Shown here piece by piece: positions 1 to 13,221 of a stretch of DNA of 64,000 nt. Position 1 is the first letter of the stretch. Each line of letters starts with the position of its first letter. The notes below the pieces were generated by a model. The model made no database searches. It was given only the letters and a program-made list of their open reading frames with translations, and was not told the origin of the DNA. The translations under genes were made by a program, and so were the position numbers. The stretch comes from Lytechinus pictus. Its lineage: Eukaryota. Where the stretch lies: positions 28,212,001-28,276,000 of the forward strand of contig NC_087245.1 in the NCBI RefSeq assembly GCF_037042905.1, read 5' to 3'.

Positions 1-3000
1 GGGACATGACATCATCAGCCCACCTACTGAATATTCATGAAGACATGCGTAAAGGTTTTCACAGAATAATGCTAAAATTTGAATAATTTTGTTTATTTGT
101 TATCAGATTTTGATGAAATCTTCACCATATTGTTCGGTGAATTTTACATAAGTTATCTAGATAAAGCTATGTGAAGCCCAGAGTAACAATTCAAGGTTAT
201 CAAAGTAGTTTTACTAGGAAATTGTGCATAGAATCTGAAAAGTAAAATTATTCTTTAAAAAAATCATTGTATGTGTTCAATTGCTGGTATCTCCCAGAAT
301 ATTCGCTAAAAAGAAATATGGTATGCACGTTTGAGGTTGTTTTACAATCAGGGTAACCCAACTGTCTCATTTGAGTCAAAAAATGTTTTGCTTTTCCTAT
401 TTTATTGTGTTTGTGTTAGAAAAATATGGATAAGTGGGTGGCTTTATGCCTCACATACTCTTTGAAATACAATTTCACTTATTTCTTTTCATCGATTTGG
501 GTTCAGCCTTTTAATTACATGTTCTATCAATTGCTAAATATTTCGGAGAGGAAAGATGTGGACAGAAATGGATTTGACAACTAGCTCTTTGTCTGTGCGC
601 AAAGTGATCATTCTAACTTTATTCCAAATATTCTAAAACTTTAGCGTAAAGTTTTAGCGTAAACTTGCATTCCAACTTTATTGCAAATATACATACATTC
701 TTGAATCATTACTAGTTCAGTGATGTGTAATTATGCGTAAAAGTACCAAATTCGGAGAGGACAATTTTGGATAGAATAATAGAAATGAAATAGAATTAGT
801 AGAACTCGGGCTCAAAATTAAAAAAAAAACCTAAATGAGGAAATAATTCTGGCTCTGAAATGCAAGATAATTGTCAATTTTGAGTTTCAGGTTGCTCTAA
901 TTTAATGGTAGCTTGTCATCGTAGATTTTAAATTACAAATTTATTTTACGATGAACAGAAGGTCATTTTTGGATAGTACCCTGATTTAAAAACAACCCCT
1001 TTTTTAAATGCACTTGGTAAATCTGAATTGCAAGCTCCTGTATAAATGATATGTAAGCTAACTGTATTCAGAATTTGTTATTTTGTCTGGGGTCTTTTCA
1101 TAAAGCTGTTCATAAGTTACGCATGACTTTACGAACGAGAGTTGATAGTAATTTAACCTCCGCTTTATAGCACCAGTGAGAACATGCTTCAATCGTGCGT
1201 AAAGTTGAGCGTAACTATATGAACAGTTTTATGAAAAACCACCCGGACCAATAAATGATCGTGTTACACCTCCCTTCGGCTACTTGTATTTATTCTTGCA
1301 CCAGTTTCATCAGGCCGTCTCTCCTCTCTCTCACCCCCCCCCCCCTATCTCTTCAAATTTGTTATTTCCACCACTAAACTATGTAATTCCTAATTTTCTT
1401 CTTTATTTAATCGTTTCCTAACCCTGTTTCTCAACTTCATTCTCCGTGCTTGTCTCTGTTCATTTCTTTTCATACTTTCAATCATTTTCTTCCTTGTAAA
1501 CTTTTTTCCTGACCCATTACCCTTTTCTTCGTTATTACCAGTATTTCTCTTTTAAAAATATCTCATGAATTTCGAATTCTTTTTCCCTTAAAAAAAGAGA
1601 AAATCATTTATTATTCAATCTTCACCCTCGACCTCTTCACATCGGGACGCCCGAATTCATAATTATTTCATCCCCTATGTCGTTCATTTTGGCCTTTGCA
1701 TTTTTCTTACTTCATGAATTCTTTATCTTTTCTCATCTCAATTCATTTTCAACTATATTCACCCGATAAGTGTTGGTCTAAAAGTCTAACTCAATCCCAT
1801 GTAACTTGCCCATAACTCTGTCACTCTCCCTAGACTTGTCAAACGATCTCATCATTCCATATACCTTCTCTATGATAACCTCATGCACTCCTCTTTTCTT
1901 TCGCTCTCCCCCTCTTTCTTCAACCCCGCCTCTCTCTGTGGTTGTTAAGTACATCTACCCCGTTTTCACACAGCCCTTGGAAATAGGAATGAACTTCATG
2001 AAATGGATGCTCATATTGATAAACCTGATCCAAGATCACTTCCAAAAAAAGAGCCAACTTACATTTTTCTCTGAATCCAAAATTCTCTTTGAAACATGCA
2101 AGAAATATCAAAACTAGAACCGTCGTAAATATATAACCTCTAGCAATTCCCATTTGAAGTAATATTTATTGGAATCTATGTATTGCATCTCTTAATGCAT
2201 TGATGGCTATTGCTCAAGAATACAAATCAAATGTGTGACAAAATTTAAAACACACGGAAATTATTCTTCAAACCCATGTTTTCAAATTAAAAATATATTT
2301 TAAAAATTCATTTTGTGAAGTTCACTCTTTTTAAACTAAAATGTATTTATACCTGGAATGTTGTAAAGTGCATTGTTACCGAGGTACTTACTAATGCCTG
2401 AAAATTTAACTCTTCATAATTTTTCTTTTGGATTATAAAAAAAAACTGGGGCTGACCAAGCTTCTTTTCATTTGGGTGGATATTGAAATTATTTCATGTT
2501 TATGTTGGCCATGACATGAACTATCACTTTTTGAAATGAAAAAAAAAATAATTGCCATCAATTTCAATCCATTTTGCATCAATTTACCAGGTTCAAAATC
2601 TTAAAGTGAGGGGATGGGGTTAGAATGGGTAGTTGAGGATTGGACATTTACATTATCATAATGTATTCATAGATTACTTTGATATTAAACCTATTGCTTT
2701 TTTCTGCTTCTGCCTTTTTTGTTAGCAATGACATTATGATAATTTTGAAACTTACGTTGAATATAAATACAATAAAATGAAGTAATTTTCAGAACCACGC
2801 AAAAAAAAAAAATATTTAATTCAAAAGAATACCAAGTTTATTGTGAATGTGCAATGCTCAAAGGGGATTAAACCTGACCCGCTGCAAGCCAAAATATGAC
2901 ATTATTCTTGAAAGCACTCTATAAGCTGAAATTTTCATGGTTTTGAATTCCACTAATTTTCTGAGTATATCAACTGCGAAATTGGCACTACTTTGAAAAT

Positions 3001-5099
3001 ATCTGCATGGCTTGCTTAAATACTTAGCTTATAGAGGGCAAATAGGTAATCCAAATCATGAAGGTTGATAAATATGAAAAGGAAATCCTTGGCTTTCTAT
3101 GTTGTATAACCGAGTCATTCAGTGAAAAATTGCTCATATACTTGCTTGACAAAATTGAAAGAAAATGGGAATTATATGATAAACGTCGGCCTTCTACATT
3201 TGGATTACCTTCTACACATCGGGGGCTGCAGAATAGTTTTGAAAAGGGGGGCTGAGCCAAAATTCTAGGTTTATGCCAGAAAAAAAATATATGATGGCCA
3301 TTTGTACATGGTTTGGGGGAAAATAGGCCTCATCCCCCCCCCCCCCCCTTCTGCGGCCCCTGGATATGAGGGTTTCAGGAAAAATGTCATTTTTGGCTTG
3401 CAAGTAAGGTTATGTAACTCATTCTGACAAAAATGCCATATCACTGATCTTCAGAGCATTGGCAGAGGATCACATCATGGGGGGGAGGGGGAAGAGAGGT
3501 GAATTGGAAATCATAATGTAAAAAAATAGGGGGGTAGGGCAAGACAGATGCAAAAATAAGCAAACTGAGAAATTGTCATTTATTGAAGAAATTTTTTATT
3601 AAAAAAAAATGACCGGCAGCCCAGAAGATTCATTCAAGTTTACAGGTTTCCATAGCAACAGACCCCTTGATTCAATGGAGCAGACCCCCAAACCTCACAA
3701 ACTGACCAACAGCCCGATCTGAGCTGGGGTCTTCTTGACAGAATCGCACAATACATGACACCACGACAAAGAGTCTACTTTTCAAGTGTGCAGAGCAGGG
3801 CACTGGACACTGCCAAGCATGATATATACATCTTTAATGCAGGTGCTTTATTTTCAATTTTAACAATACTTTGTGTAGCAAGAGTAGGCAAGACAATGCA
3901 TTCAGTATCCCCCTCCCTTAAAAAATTATTCCATTCTTTTCAACCCCCCCCCCCCCCCCCTCTCCTTCCTGCCCCTCCCCCTCCATTTCCATACCAATGA
4001 TTCAGTCTGTTTATCTCCTTTGTTGTCCTTCTATTCATCCCTGAACAAAGCCATCACCTGTTTTGTCCTTTAATCTGACCCCTCCCTCACAACCAAACCC
4101 CCTCCCCTCCCATTTCTCCAAGATTACCAGTTAATCCACTAATTGTGCTCTCTCCATACCTCCCTGTACTATTCATCCTGGGAAGCATTTCATGAAGATT
4201 TTCTTTTTTTCATTCAGTTATTTCACTAACAGTAAATCCCTGTTTCTGATTGGCTTAGAGCCAACTAGTCTGTGAGAATTGAGTACTGACAAAACTGTTC
4301 ATGAATGCTCCCCATATCTGCCAGTCTTCCATAATTTCATATCTTTACAACATTTATTATTCATGACTGATATAAAAATGTTCTACTTAATTCCATCATA
4401 TTCTTTTTCAAAAATCTATTTAGCTTTAAAACTAAAACTTCGAAATTAATTCATTTGTTTATCTTTTGGTTTCTTTTTAATTGGCTGATTTGGATTAGCA
4501 TTTATGATTACTATTGTTTATTATCCAATTATTATATATATCTTATCATTTAGGCTAATTTGGTTATTTATTTTACATATTGAAATATCTGATTTAAAAA
4601 AAAAATTTTTTTTGGGGGGGGGCTTTTTCTTTTCAAATGAGCAAATAGAATGCATCATAATTTTGCAATAAACAGACACTTTTCCTGTAAATTATGTGTG
4701 TTTCAATGAACACTGCATTTTTTAAAATAAATTTAGAAAACAATAATTTGTATTGTTCTCTATTGTTTTCTTTGTCTTCCTTTTTTCCCCATGCATTCAT
4801 TCACAGCCATACAGATATCAAATGTTTGTGATTGCTACTTCTCCATCACTCCACCATGAACTCTGAGAGAAAGGTACACAGCATTAAAATGATATGTGAA
4901 TCTAGATAAGATTGGGACCTCAACATAGGCTTGTCCTGAGGAAGTCCACTTCAAATCCCACAATAGTTTATAATCCCTGTCAATCATAACATTACAATGC
5001 ATGTATCCTAGTCAAGAAGCGCAATGTCAAATTCAGAGACTGCATCCAATAAAAACTCATTCCAAACTGGAAGAAGGAAAACGTCACTTTAGAAATATC

Positions 5100-5430
5100 T
5101 CAGACAGCAATGAGTAAAATGTAGGAAACCATTTCTTTAGCCAAGGGGTTACTGAGAGCTGGAACAATCTACCAAAGCTCTATGTCGAATTTCAGGTACA
5201 GCATCCAACAAAATGTCTAAAACTCAATCCTGACTGGATGTAGCAAACCATTTCTTTAGCCAAAGGGTTCTGAGAGTTGGAGCAATCTACCAGAGAAGAA
5301 ATGTCAAATATCAGAATCACACTCGATAAGATTCCCAAAACTTGGTCAAAACTGATATAAGGAATGATATCTTTAACTCAAAGGCCATTAATAGTTTGAA
5401 TTATCAACCAGAAAAAGGTCATCAAATCAC
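5100..5430 (+). mobile_element. Three tandem remnants of a CR1/L2-type LINE ORF2 C-terminus
   Basis: The first translates VGNHFFSQGVTESWNNLP, resembling the FFSxRVxxxWNxLP end motif of CR1-group ORF2; two degenerate copies follow. Confidence 0.6.
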
Positions 5431-6031
5431 ACTACTTATCTTCATGCAGAAACTTTCAAAACAGGGTTTTTAATGTGGTAGATTTCCCTTTATTCCTTGC
5501 CACATGTGAGGATGCTGCCGAGGCTATTCAAAGTATAACAAGCTAGCTTCATGATCACCATGGTCAAGTCTCCTAGAGTTGTTCTGCTCTGACTCCTTCT
5601 TGTGGGTGAAGGAATTACAAGTCTCTTGCATAAATCATCACAGTCTGGACTCGCAAGTCTTAAAGAGACATCCCACTGTGGCTCCTTGTAGGATGTCAAC
5701 ATCCTTTATGACACAAATGAGTGAATCCCTGACTACAACCTAATCAGGTATGCCAAGTTCCATCAGACATAACAACCCCTTTCACACAATTTCAGCTGAG
5801 GGAATGAATGCAATTTTTGATCACACAGGACATGACTTCCGATGTATCCTGAGGAAGACTTCCAGACCATCTGTATGGCACCATACATACATGAGTAAAT
5901 CAAAGTCATAAACGCCTCATACTGTAATCTATCAGCATTTGAATGTCCAATTAATGTGCAACTTGCATGATGTTTCAAAGCTATCACTTGTAAGCTGAAA
6001 AGAGTACCATTCCTCTTGGTCAGACAGTAAA

Positions 6032-6672
6032 CCCTAACTTACCTGGGCTATTTTGCGAGCTTAAATTCCAGTGGGGGGGGGGGGGGGGTGGGGGGGCATT
6101 ATGGACCCCCGCATAAGATCCTTACCACAAATCGCAATGAAAATTTGCATGGGATGGAGAATGTCATCTACGCAGTTGCATAGGAAAATTGCACTAACTT
6201 ATATATATTTTACATGAATAAATCATACTAATTCATTCATGAAATCATACTTTTTGCTCTAATTCACTAAATAAAGGTCTTAGAAGGTTAATTTTTTGTG
6301 AAAATATTCTCTAGAGTATTTCTAAGAATTTTGAATGATAACAAATCTCGTACCAAATCGATTTTTAATTTTAGGTTTTTCAAATTTTATACATATTTTC
6401 TATGTTTTGGGGTTCTTATTATTTTTTACTTTTTTTGCCAAAATTTGTCCATGACATTCTTCCAGCTATAAAAAGCAAATTAATTTTAGCAGAAAACACA
6501 TTTTGTCTATGAAATCACGCTTTTGGGCAATTTTTGGACTGACATGCACTTAAAATTGCATGAGACTTGAAAGAATTCAGCGAAAATTGCGGTCAAAATA
6601 TTTTGCACCGCAGATTTATTGCGAAAATGTCGAGGGGGGTCAAATTGACCCCCCACCCCGGGTAAGTTAGGG
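6032..6672. mobile_element. piggyBac-like MITE
   Basis: TIR CCCTAACTTACC..GGTAAGTTAGGG with G/C-run subtermini; TTAA TSD is degenerate; related 5' fragment at ~21075-21310. Confidence 0.65.
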
Positions 6673-8802
6673 CTAGGGTTGCGGATTATCACAACAGTAC
6701 CAAATTTCCAAATACCAGATACAAAGATGTCTCATTGACATGCAAAGGAAACAAATCTCCTGAAGACAGCAACTCTCTCATCAGACAGTGACCAATTCCT
6801 CTCATCTCTTCTTTGTGGAGACACAAATGGCTATATGGGTCAATTTGGAGAGAAAACCAGTTCTTGATAAATCTTGACTGTGTCACCAAGCCAAAAAGCT
6901 GTCTTGGCCAAACCACTCCATCGATGAAATTTGACAAACGTGCAAAAGTCCAATAAGGGTCAACTTGAAAAACAACAATGGAAATGCTCTTGTACAAAGG
7001 CATGAAAAGTAAATGACAATTGCCAGCAAGATAGAAAATTTGACATTGCGCTTCTGAAACTAGATTCCAGACTAACATGTATTGTTGTGAATGAAGGATC
7101 ATTTTGTTTTAAAATTGTGGAAAAACTATTAAAGCACACAATCCTCATGAAAATAGGTTAATATTTCATATCTAAATTTTGAGTACAGTGTAGGTACAAT
7201 ACTTTTTTGGCAGACGAACCGATATTGAGAATCTACCTACAATCACACAATCCTTAAAATGAAGGCCGCCTAATCTGCGCATTTCTGTAATTTCATGATG
7301 GATACACACTCAGCAAACGTCACAAACATGAATTTTATGGTGAATGGGGAGTATTTGCCAAATAAAGTAACATGTACAGAAAAAGGGAAAAAATTAATTG
7401 CAAAATTATTCACGTGCCCCTATCCCATTTCTGTAAGTATTAATAAAAGTAATGAGAGTAACTTTTCCTTGTAAAAGAATTGGAATTTTATTATGTCTTC
7501 TTATCACACTATTATATCAGTCATGGCAAATATGATGTTGCAACGGATGGAAAGAAAAGATTAGTTTTATAGACCAACAAGTCTAGGGCAGATAGTACAT
7601 GTACAGGGAGGTAAAAGAAGAAAGATGGCAATCAATGGATTGACAGGTAATGTTAAGGTAAAAGGAACCCTCAAAAATAATAATTGTTGGTAAACCAATT
7701 GCATTGTCTTGCATACTCGAGGCTACACAGAATATCATTAAAATCACCAATAAAGCACTTACACTTTAGATGTTGTATACCATGCACAGCAGTGTCCGGT
7801 GCCCTTCTCTGCACACTGAAAAATAGATCCCTTGGTAGCGATGTCACTAATTGTGCAATTCTGGCAGGAAGATCCCAGCTCAAACCAGACAGGTAGCCAT
7901 GTTTGCAAAGTTTAGGGCCTACCACCATCGATTGAGGTCAATTGCTATGGTCCTGTAACCTGAATGAATCTTCTGGGCTGCCGGTCTTACATTTTTTTTC
8001 AAGAAAAAACAAAAAATATCAAATACAAAGCAAGTACATGTATATAGTAAAGACAATCATACTCTATAGGGCAGGTCCAAGCTATCTGACATACATGTAC
8101 ATCTAACATAAGATACAAATCAGAGGGGTGTTTCACCAACTTAATATTTTTAAATGTGACCAAACATCACTCTCAACTTCCAAGTTAAATTTGGAAAATA
8201 AATAGATCACCATATTGACGGATCCTGCTCTACTGCGTATTTCTCAATGAGACTTTGGACCAAATAACATGTGTGCATTAACACAACACCATTACTTTTA
8301 GTCAGTTTTTAACTATTTGTGAAACACTCCCCAGGTCGTTTTGCTATGAAAGGTCATAAAATTTTCAAGGATTAAACATTTCAAATATGTGGTCATGTAT
8401 ACATACATGTACAATACAAGCTTAGGAACTATGGTGGGGGGGGGGGGGGGTTGCATATGACTGATTTGAAAATTAGCTCTTTGATCATAAATAGCTTTTA
8501 CTATTAAATGTTAAAGCTGATATTCTGTGGCCCGAAAGGAAGTATACTTGGATCTTCATCATTTTCAATTTATGTTAATGACATCACTGATTCCTCTTTA
8601 TCATAAAATTGTATTCTGTATGCACATGATAATTATATAATTTTGTCACATAAAAATGAACAGAAATTGACAGAATTAGCCTGTAATAACTTCTGTTGCT
8701 GACAAGCCTAAACAAAAACACCAAATACATGGTATTCTGCGAATTCAAAATATCGAAATAATAAAATGTTCATATTTAGAACTTTTTTGTGCAATAATTG
8801 AC

Positions 8803-8998
8803 AAAATTTGAAAGAAAATATTAACATGTATAGAAAAATAAGTATAAGAAAAGTGTCATGCACAAAATAATGGGGGGGGGGGGGGAGGGGAGTGTTAATA
8901 ATTTATAAAATTTGAAAGAAAATATTGACATGTATAGAAAAATAAGTATTAGAAAAGTGTCATGCACAAAATAACGGGGGGGGGGGGTGTTAAAAATT
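8803..8998. repeat. ~105-bp tandem duplication ending in poly-G
   Basis: aaaatttgaaagaaaatatt.acatgtatagaaaaataagta..gaaaagtgtcatgcacaaaataa occurs twice. Confidence 0.85.
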
Positions 8999-9569
8999 CT
9001 ACGACAAGTAGGTCCAGGGTAAAAAACCAGAGATAAAACTCAGTAGGGAAAAACTCTGGAAAACCTTTGGATCCACTTTTGCAGAATAGTCAACACAAAA
9101 TAAGGCCTAAAAAATGGTTGTGTTGCTGTGATCCAATTGACTGTAAAATGCAATGAAAACAGGGTAGCTATTTTTTTTTTCTCAGACCAAAACTATACAA
9201 AAGCAATGTTTTTGTGAGAAAATATCAGATTTTGGAGAATTTGCTCAAATTTGCAATCAATTATTTTAAAAAGCATTTTAATAAGCGTTTAAACATATTT
9301 GACTACATATCTAAATCATTCTATGCAAGATTTTCTTTTTGCAGCGCAGCAGCAAAGGTATTTAAAAAAAGAAAACCGACTAACTGACCAAACTTTCTGA
9401 TACAAGGCTAATGAACGCAACCATTTTTTAAGACCTCAACACAAATACAAACTTCATCAAGATAAAGTAGCAAAACGAGTTAACTCTTCAAATATCTCCA
9501 AGGCCTAATTACCACACCATCTTAATTCTAATGAAGCATGAGCCTCACAATGACTATTTCCAACCTTAA

Positions 9570-9965
9570 CCCTATTCCAACCCTTTATAGCTTACACTAT
9601 TTCGACATTGCATAGCCGGGGGGCTGAGATCTGGCGATTACATCAAAATTCTGAATCTGGAAGTACCTTTAATTATCAAATGTACACTAAGAAAATGGCA
9701 GTGCAAAAAAAATTTGCTACTTTATAATTTTTTTTTTCTGATGAATTAATCTGTTCTTTGACTTTATGTTTTTGATTGTTTATTCAATGGAAATCATCAA
9801 AAACACTATTTTAATCATAATTTTTTTTTAGCAAGTTAGCGTCTGACGTGCTCTGAGGAAATGGTGATGCAAATCTAGTCTTAGAAGATGCATTCACCTG
9901 GAAAAAATTACCACAAAAGATGTTGGGGGAAGGGTGTGAAATAAGCACCCCCCAGCTATGTAGGG
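9570..9965. mobile_element. piggyBac-like MITE
   Basis: TTAA-CCCTA ... TAGGG-TTAA. Confidence 0.6.
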
Positions 9966-10569
9966 TTAAGCAAAATATTTACTCCAAGAAACCATTCTTT
10001 ACAAGTAACAAAGCAGGCATTTGTTAATGATACAATAAATAAGTAAGTACACTAAAATATAGCTTGGACCTGCCCACTGGAGCTATAAGAATGTTATCAT
10101 AAAATAAATATAACTAAATAGGTTCATGCGTTAATGCAGATGTACCAGTCACATATCTGATACTAAATAGTTTTGAATAAATTGGCATGAAGTTCGAAGA
10201 GACATTTGGTTCATTCAGTGTGATGGATTGCAAATGTAAAACAACTATCCTGATTTTGTGCTAGTGCATGCAACAATGATATTGATTGGAATTAGCGAAT
10301 GATTGCAAACATTTGTACCACAGATAACAAAAACATTAAGGTATTTAGAGGAAGTATTAACTTTATCCAGGATTCAAAATCAATTACTCTGCTGAGAATT
10401 CAATTATAATTGCAATCTTTGAGATTAGCCTGGAATGTCTATAATGTGGTCAATTATTTATCAAAATATTTTTAAAATTGTGATAATGGTACTGGGAAGA
10501 TTATCAACCAAATGTGCCAATTGTCTCTTTTAATTTTAATCATACTTCACACAAAAATACCAATACACC

Positions 10570-11220
10570 AGACATTCTTGTGTAGATGAAGATTTGAGAT
10601 TGGTGTCATGTCCTCGTCTCTGGTAGATTGTCACTGTCATTTAAACTTGGTAGACTGTGTGTAGATGAAGATTCAAGAATGGTGCCATGTCCTTGTCTCT
10701 GGTAGACTGTCACTCTCATTTAAACTTGGTAGATGGTTAACATCAGACACTGTGTGTAGATGAAGATTAAAGAATGGTGCCATGTCCTTGTCTCTGGTAG
10801 ACTGTAATTCTCATTTAAACTTGGTAGATGGTTAACATCAGACACTGTGTGTAGATGAAGATTAAAGAATGGTGCCATGTCCTTGTCTCTGGTAGACTGT
10901 CATTCTCATTTAAACTTGGTAGATGGTTAACATCAGACACTGTGTGTAGGTGAAGATCAAAGAATGGTGCCATGTCCTTGTCTCTGGTAGACTGTAATTC
11001 TCATTTAAACTTGGTAGATGGTTAACATCACACACTGTGTGTAGATGAAGATTAAAGAATGGTGCCATGTCCTTGTCTCTGGTAGACTGTAATTCTCATT
11101 TAAACTTGGTAGATGGTTAACATCAGACACTGTGTGTAGATGAAGATTCAAGAATGGTGCCATGTCCCCATCTCCGGTAGACCGTCACTCTCATTCAAGC
11201 TTGGTAGATGGTTAAGACCA
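10570..11220. repeat. 95-bp minisatellite, ~6.5 copies
   Basis: catcagacac (or a 1-mismatch variant) recurs at 10741, 10836, 10931, 11026, 11121. Confidence 0.95.
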
Positions 11221-11807
11221 GATAGGGCTGTATCCATTTTGTACACTAAATGACATGGCTGCATGTTTAAAGTGAAAGAACAAAATATCATTCATAACAC
11301 ATTCATCATACAGTGACACATGTACATATGAAATAAATAGAAGCATGCATTGAGACAAATGGACTACCAATAGTGTTTCCTTTCCCTTTTCACAGTTTGT
11401 TGTATTTACAGTATTGTACACATGCAGGTGTGATGTGAAAATCTCTTTTTTAGACAGGTCATTTTTTTTTTCTTCCACATCGCTGTGGTTGACTATGTTC
11501 CACAAAATGACCCCTTTTCTTCACTGTCTACAAAGATATTAGTTGATCTTTTTCTTTACTTTAAAAATGTTACATTTTAAATGCAATTGTAATGTAAAGA
11601 GCACTTTTAAAAATAAATAATGGATATTTTCAAAAACACTTAATTATCTGGATATGTTGTGTGATATCATTGCACCTTTGCATTGAATTTACAACAAAAA
11701 ATGGACCCAAAACAGTGTGTTTTGAACACTTTATGTATCAATGAAAAAATGATGGACATTACACTTCAAGCGAGATGGAAATAACAAAGTTTGAAATGCT
11801 ACATGTA

Positions 11808-13221
11808 CAGTTGAGGCCAGAAGTTAACATACGCCCAGGAAATTCAAAGAAAAGTTGACACTTGCCAAACATATCATAAAATATTTGTGCTATCAAAACA
11901 AATTTGATATCAAACAAATGAGCATGTCATGCCCTATCATCACATTGCTTTGTCATCAGGAGCTGAAAAATATTTAGGTGTCATTAAGGTGCCCAAATCT
12001 TCATATTTTAGACAAATTAAAAATAAAAACATTTCTTATCTGTGCTAGTTACTTCTTAACACAAACATTTCAGATTACACTTTTTTGTTTAGTGGTAACA
12101 TATCATGATAGAAAATGTAATATATAAATCAAAGATTTTACATTTATACAGTGCGTCCCACAAAAAACGAAACCGAGATTTATCAATGATTTATCATAAC
12201 TTAATCACAAATACAATAGACAAGTGACCTACCATTGTAAAGCTTAGAATCTCCTCTTTCATCTGAAATTACTAAGTTAATTCCTCATTCAAGCATGAGT
12301 GAGCAAAAACAATTTGAAGAAAGGATACCTAAAACTCACTGAATTTCAAAAATAAAATCACATTCCTAAAAAGTTCAATATCTGCTCTTTTATTTGATAC
12401 CTTAATCACAGAAAATGGTCAAGAAGTAAAAAATTATGTTCCCTCGAAACAATGCTTGTATTTCCATAATTTCATTAAATAAACGTGTTTTCACCAGTTT
12501 AACACAGAAGCTATCGCACGGTTAACAAAAGACTTAATGCATGGCTGATCATCAACAAAACGGAGTGTCGAGTGACTCTGAACGCTAGCCTGTAAAACCT
12601 CTTCATTTTATGAAATTATTCAAATTCAAGCTTTATTTCAAATAAGCAGAACTTTGTTATTTCTTGACCATTTTCTGCAATTGAGGTATCAAATCAAAGA
12701 GCAGATATTGAATTTTTTTAAATGTGGTTTTCTTTTTGAAACCCAGATACAGCCCGCCAAGTGACTTTTTGGTATCCCCTCTTCAAATTGTTTTTGCTCA
12801 CTCATGCGGGACTGAGAATTATCTACGTAATTTCAGATGAAAGAGGAGATTCTAAGCTTTACAATGGTAGGTCACTTGTCTATTGCATTTGTGATTAAGT
12901 TATGATAAATCATCTATAAATCTCGGTTTCGTTTTTTCTGGGACGCAATGTATATTTCTATGAAATGATGTTTGAAAATATAATACAATACATTTGGCAC
13001 GAATATTACTTTTTTTCTTTAAAAAAAAATCCACCTGAAATATACTTTAATCAAAACGGCATCCCAATCATGTAAAAGAGCTTAATACGCTTTTTCATTT
13101 GATACCAAATTCGCCATGGTAGTATTTATATTTCTGAAGATATAGCAAATTTTAAGATGTTTGGCAAATGAACAAATTTCACTGAATTTCATGGGTGTAT
13201 GTAAACTTTTTTCCTCAACTG
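11808..13221. mobile_element. Tc1-like non-autonomous element (TA TSD) containing a second Tc1/mariner MITE
   Basis: TA-CAGTTGAGGCCAGAAGTTAACATAC ... GTATGTAAACTTTTTTCCTCAACTG-TA. Confidence 0.82.
12149..12950. mobile_element. Tc1/mariner MITE with ~300-bp TIRs, TA TSD
   Basis: TA-CAGTGCGTCCCACAAAAAACGAAACCGAGATTT ... AAATCTCGGTTTCGTTTTTTCTGGGACGCAATG-TA; fragments of the same family at ~15420-15490 and ~38440-38530. Confidence 0.9.

Larger units (their letters stand above)
3592..8008. repeat. Old large inverted repeat/foldback, arms ~3592-5035 and ~7037-8008
   Basis: Colinear reverse-complement anchors: GACCGGCAGCCCAGAAGATTCATTCA (3611/7986), GTGTGCAGAG.AGGGCAC.GGACACTGC, CCTCCCTGTAC, CATGACTGATATAA, AGAAGCGCAATGTCAAATT. 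Confidence 0.8.

Noticed and set aside
5490..7928. Minus-strand ORFs as an intact gene
   Set aside because: Short and stop-interrupted with no recognisable motif; 7671-7928 lies in an inverted-repeat arm.
10570..11220. Regular repeats that could suggest a CRISPR array
   Set aside because: The units are contiguous tandem copies with no unique spacers, there are no cas genes, and the context is eukaryotic.
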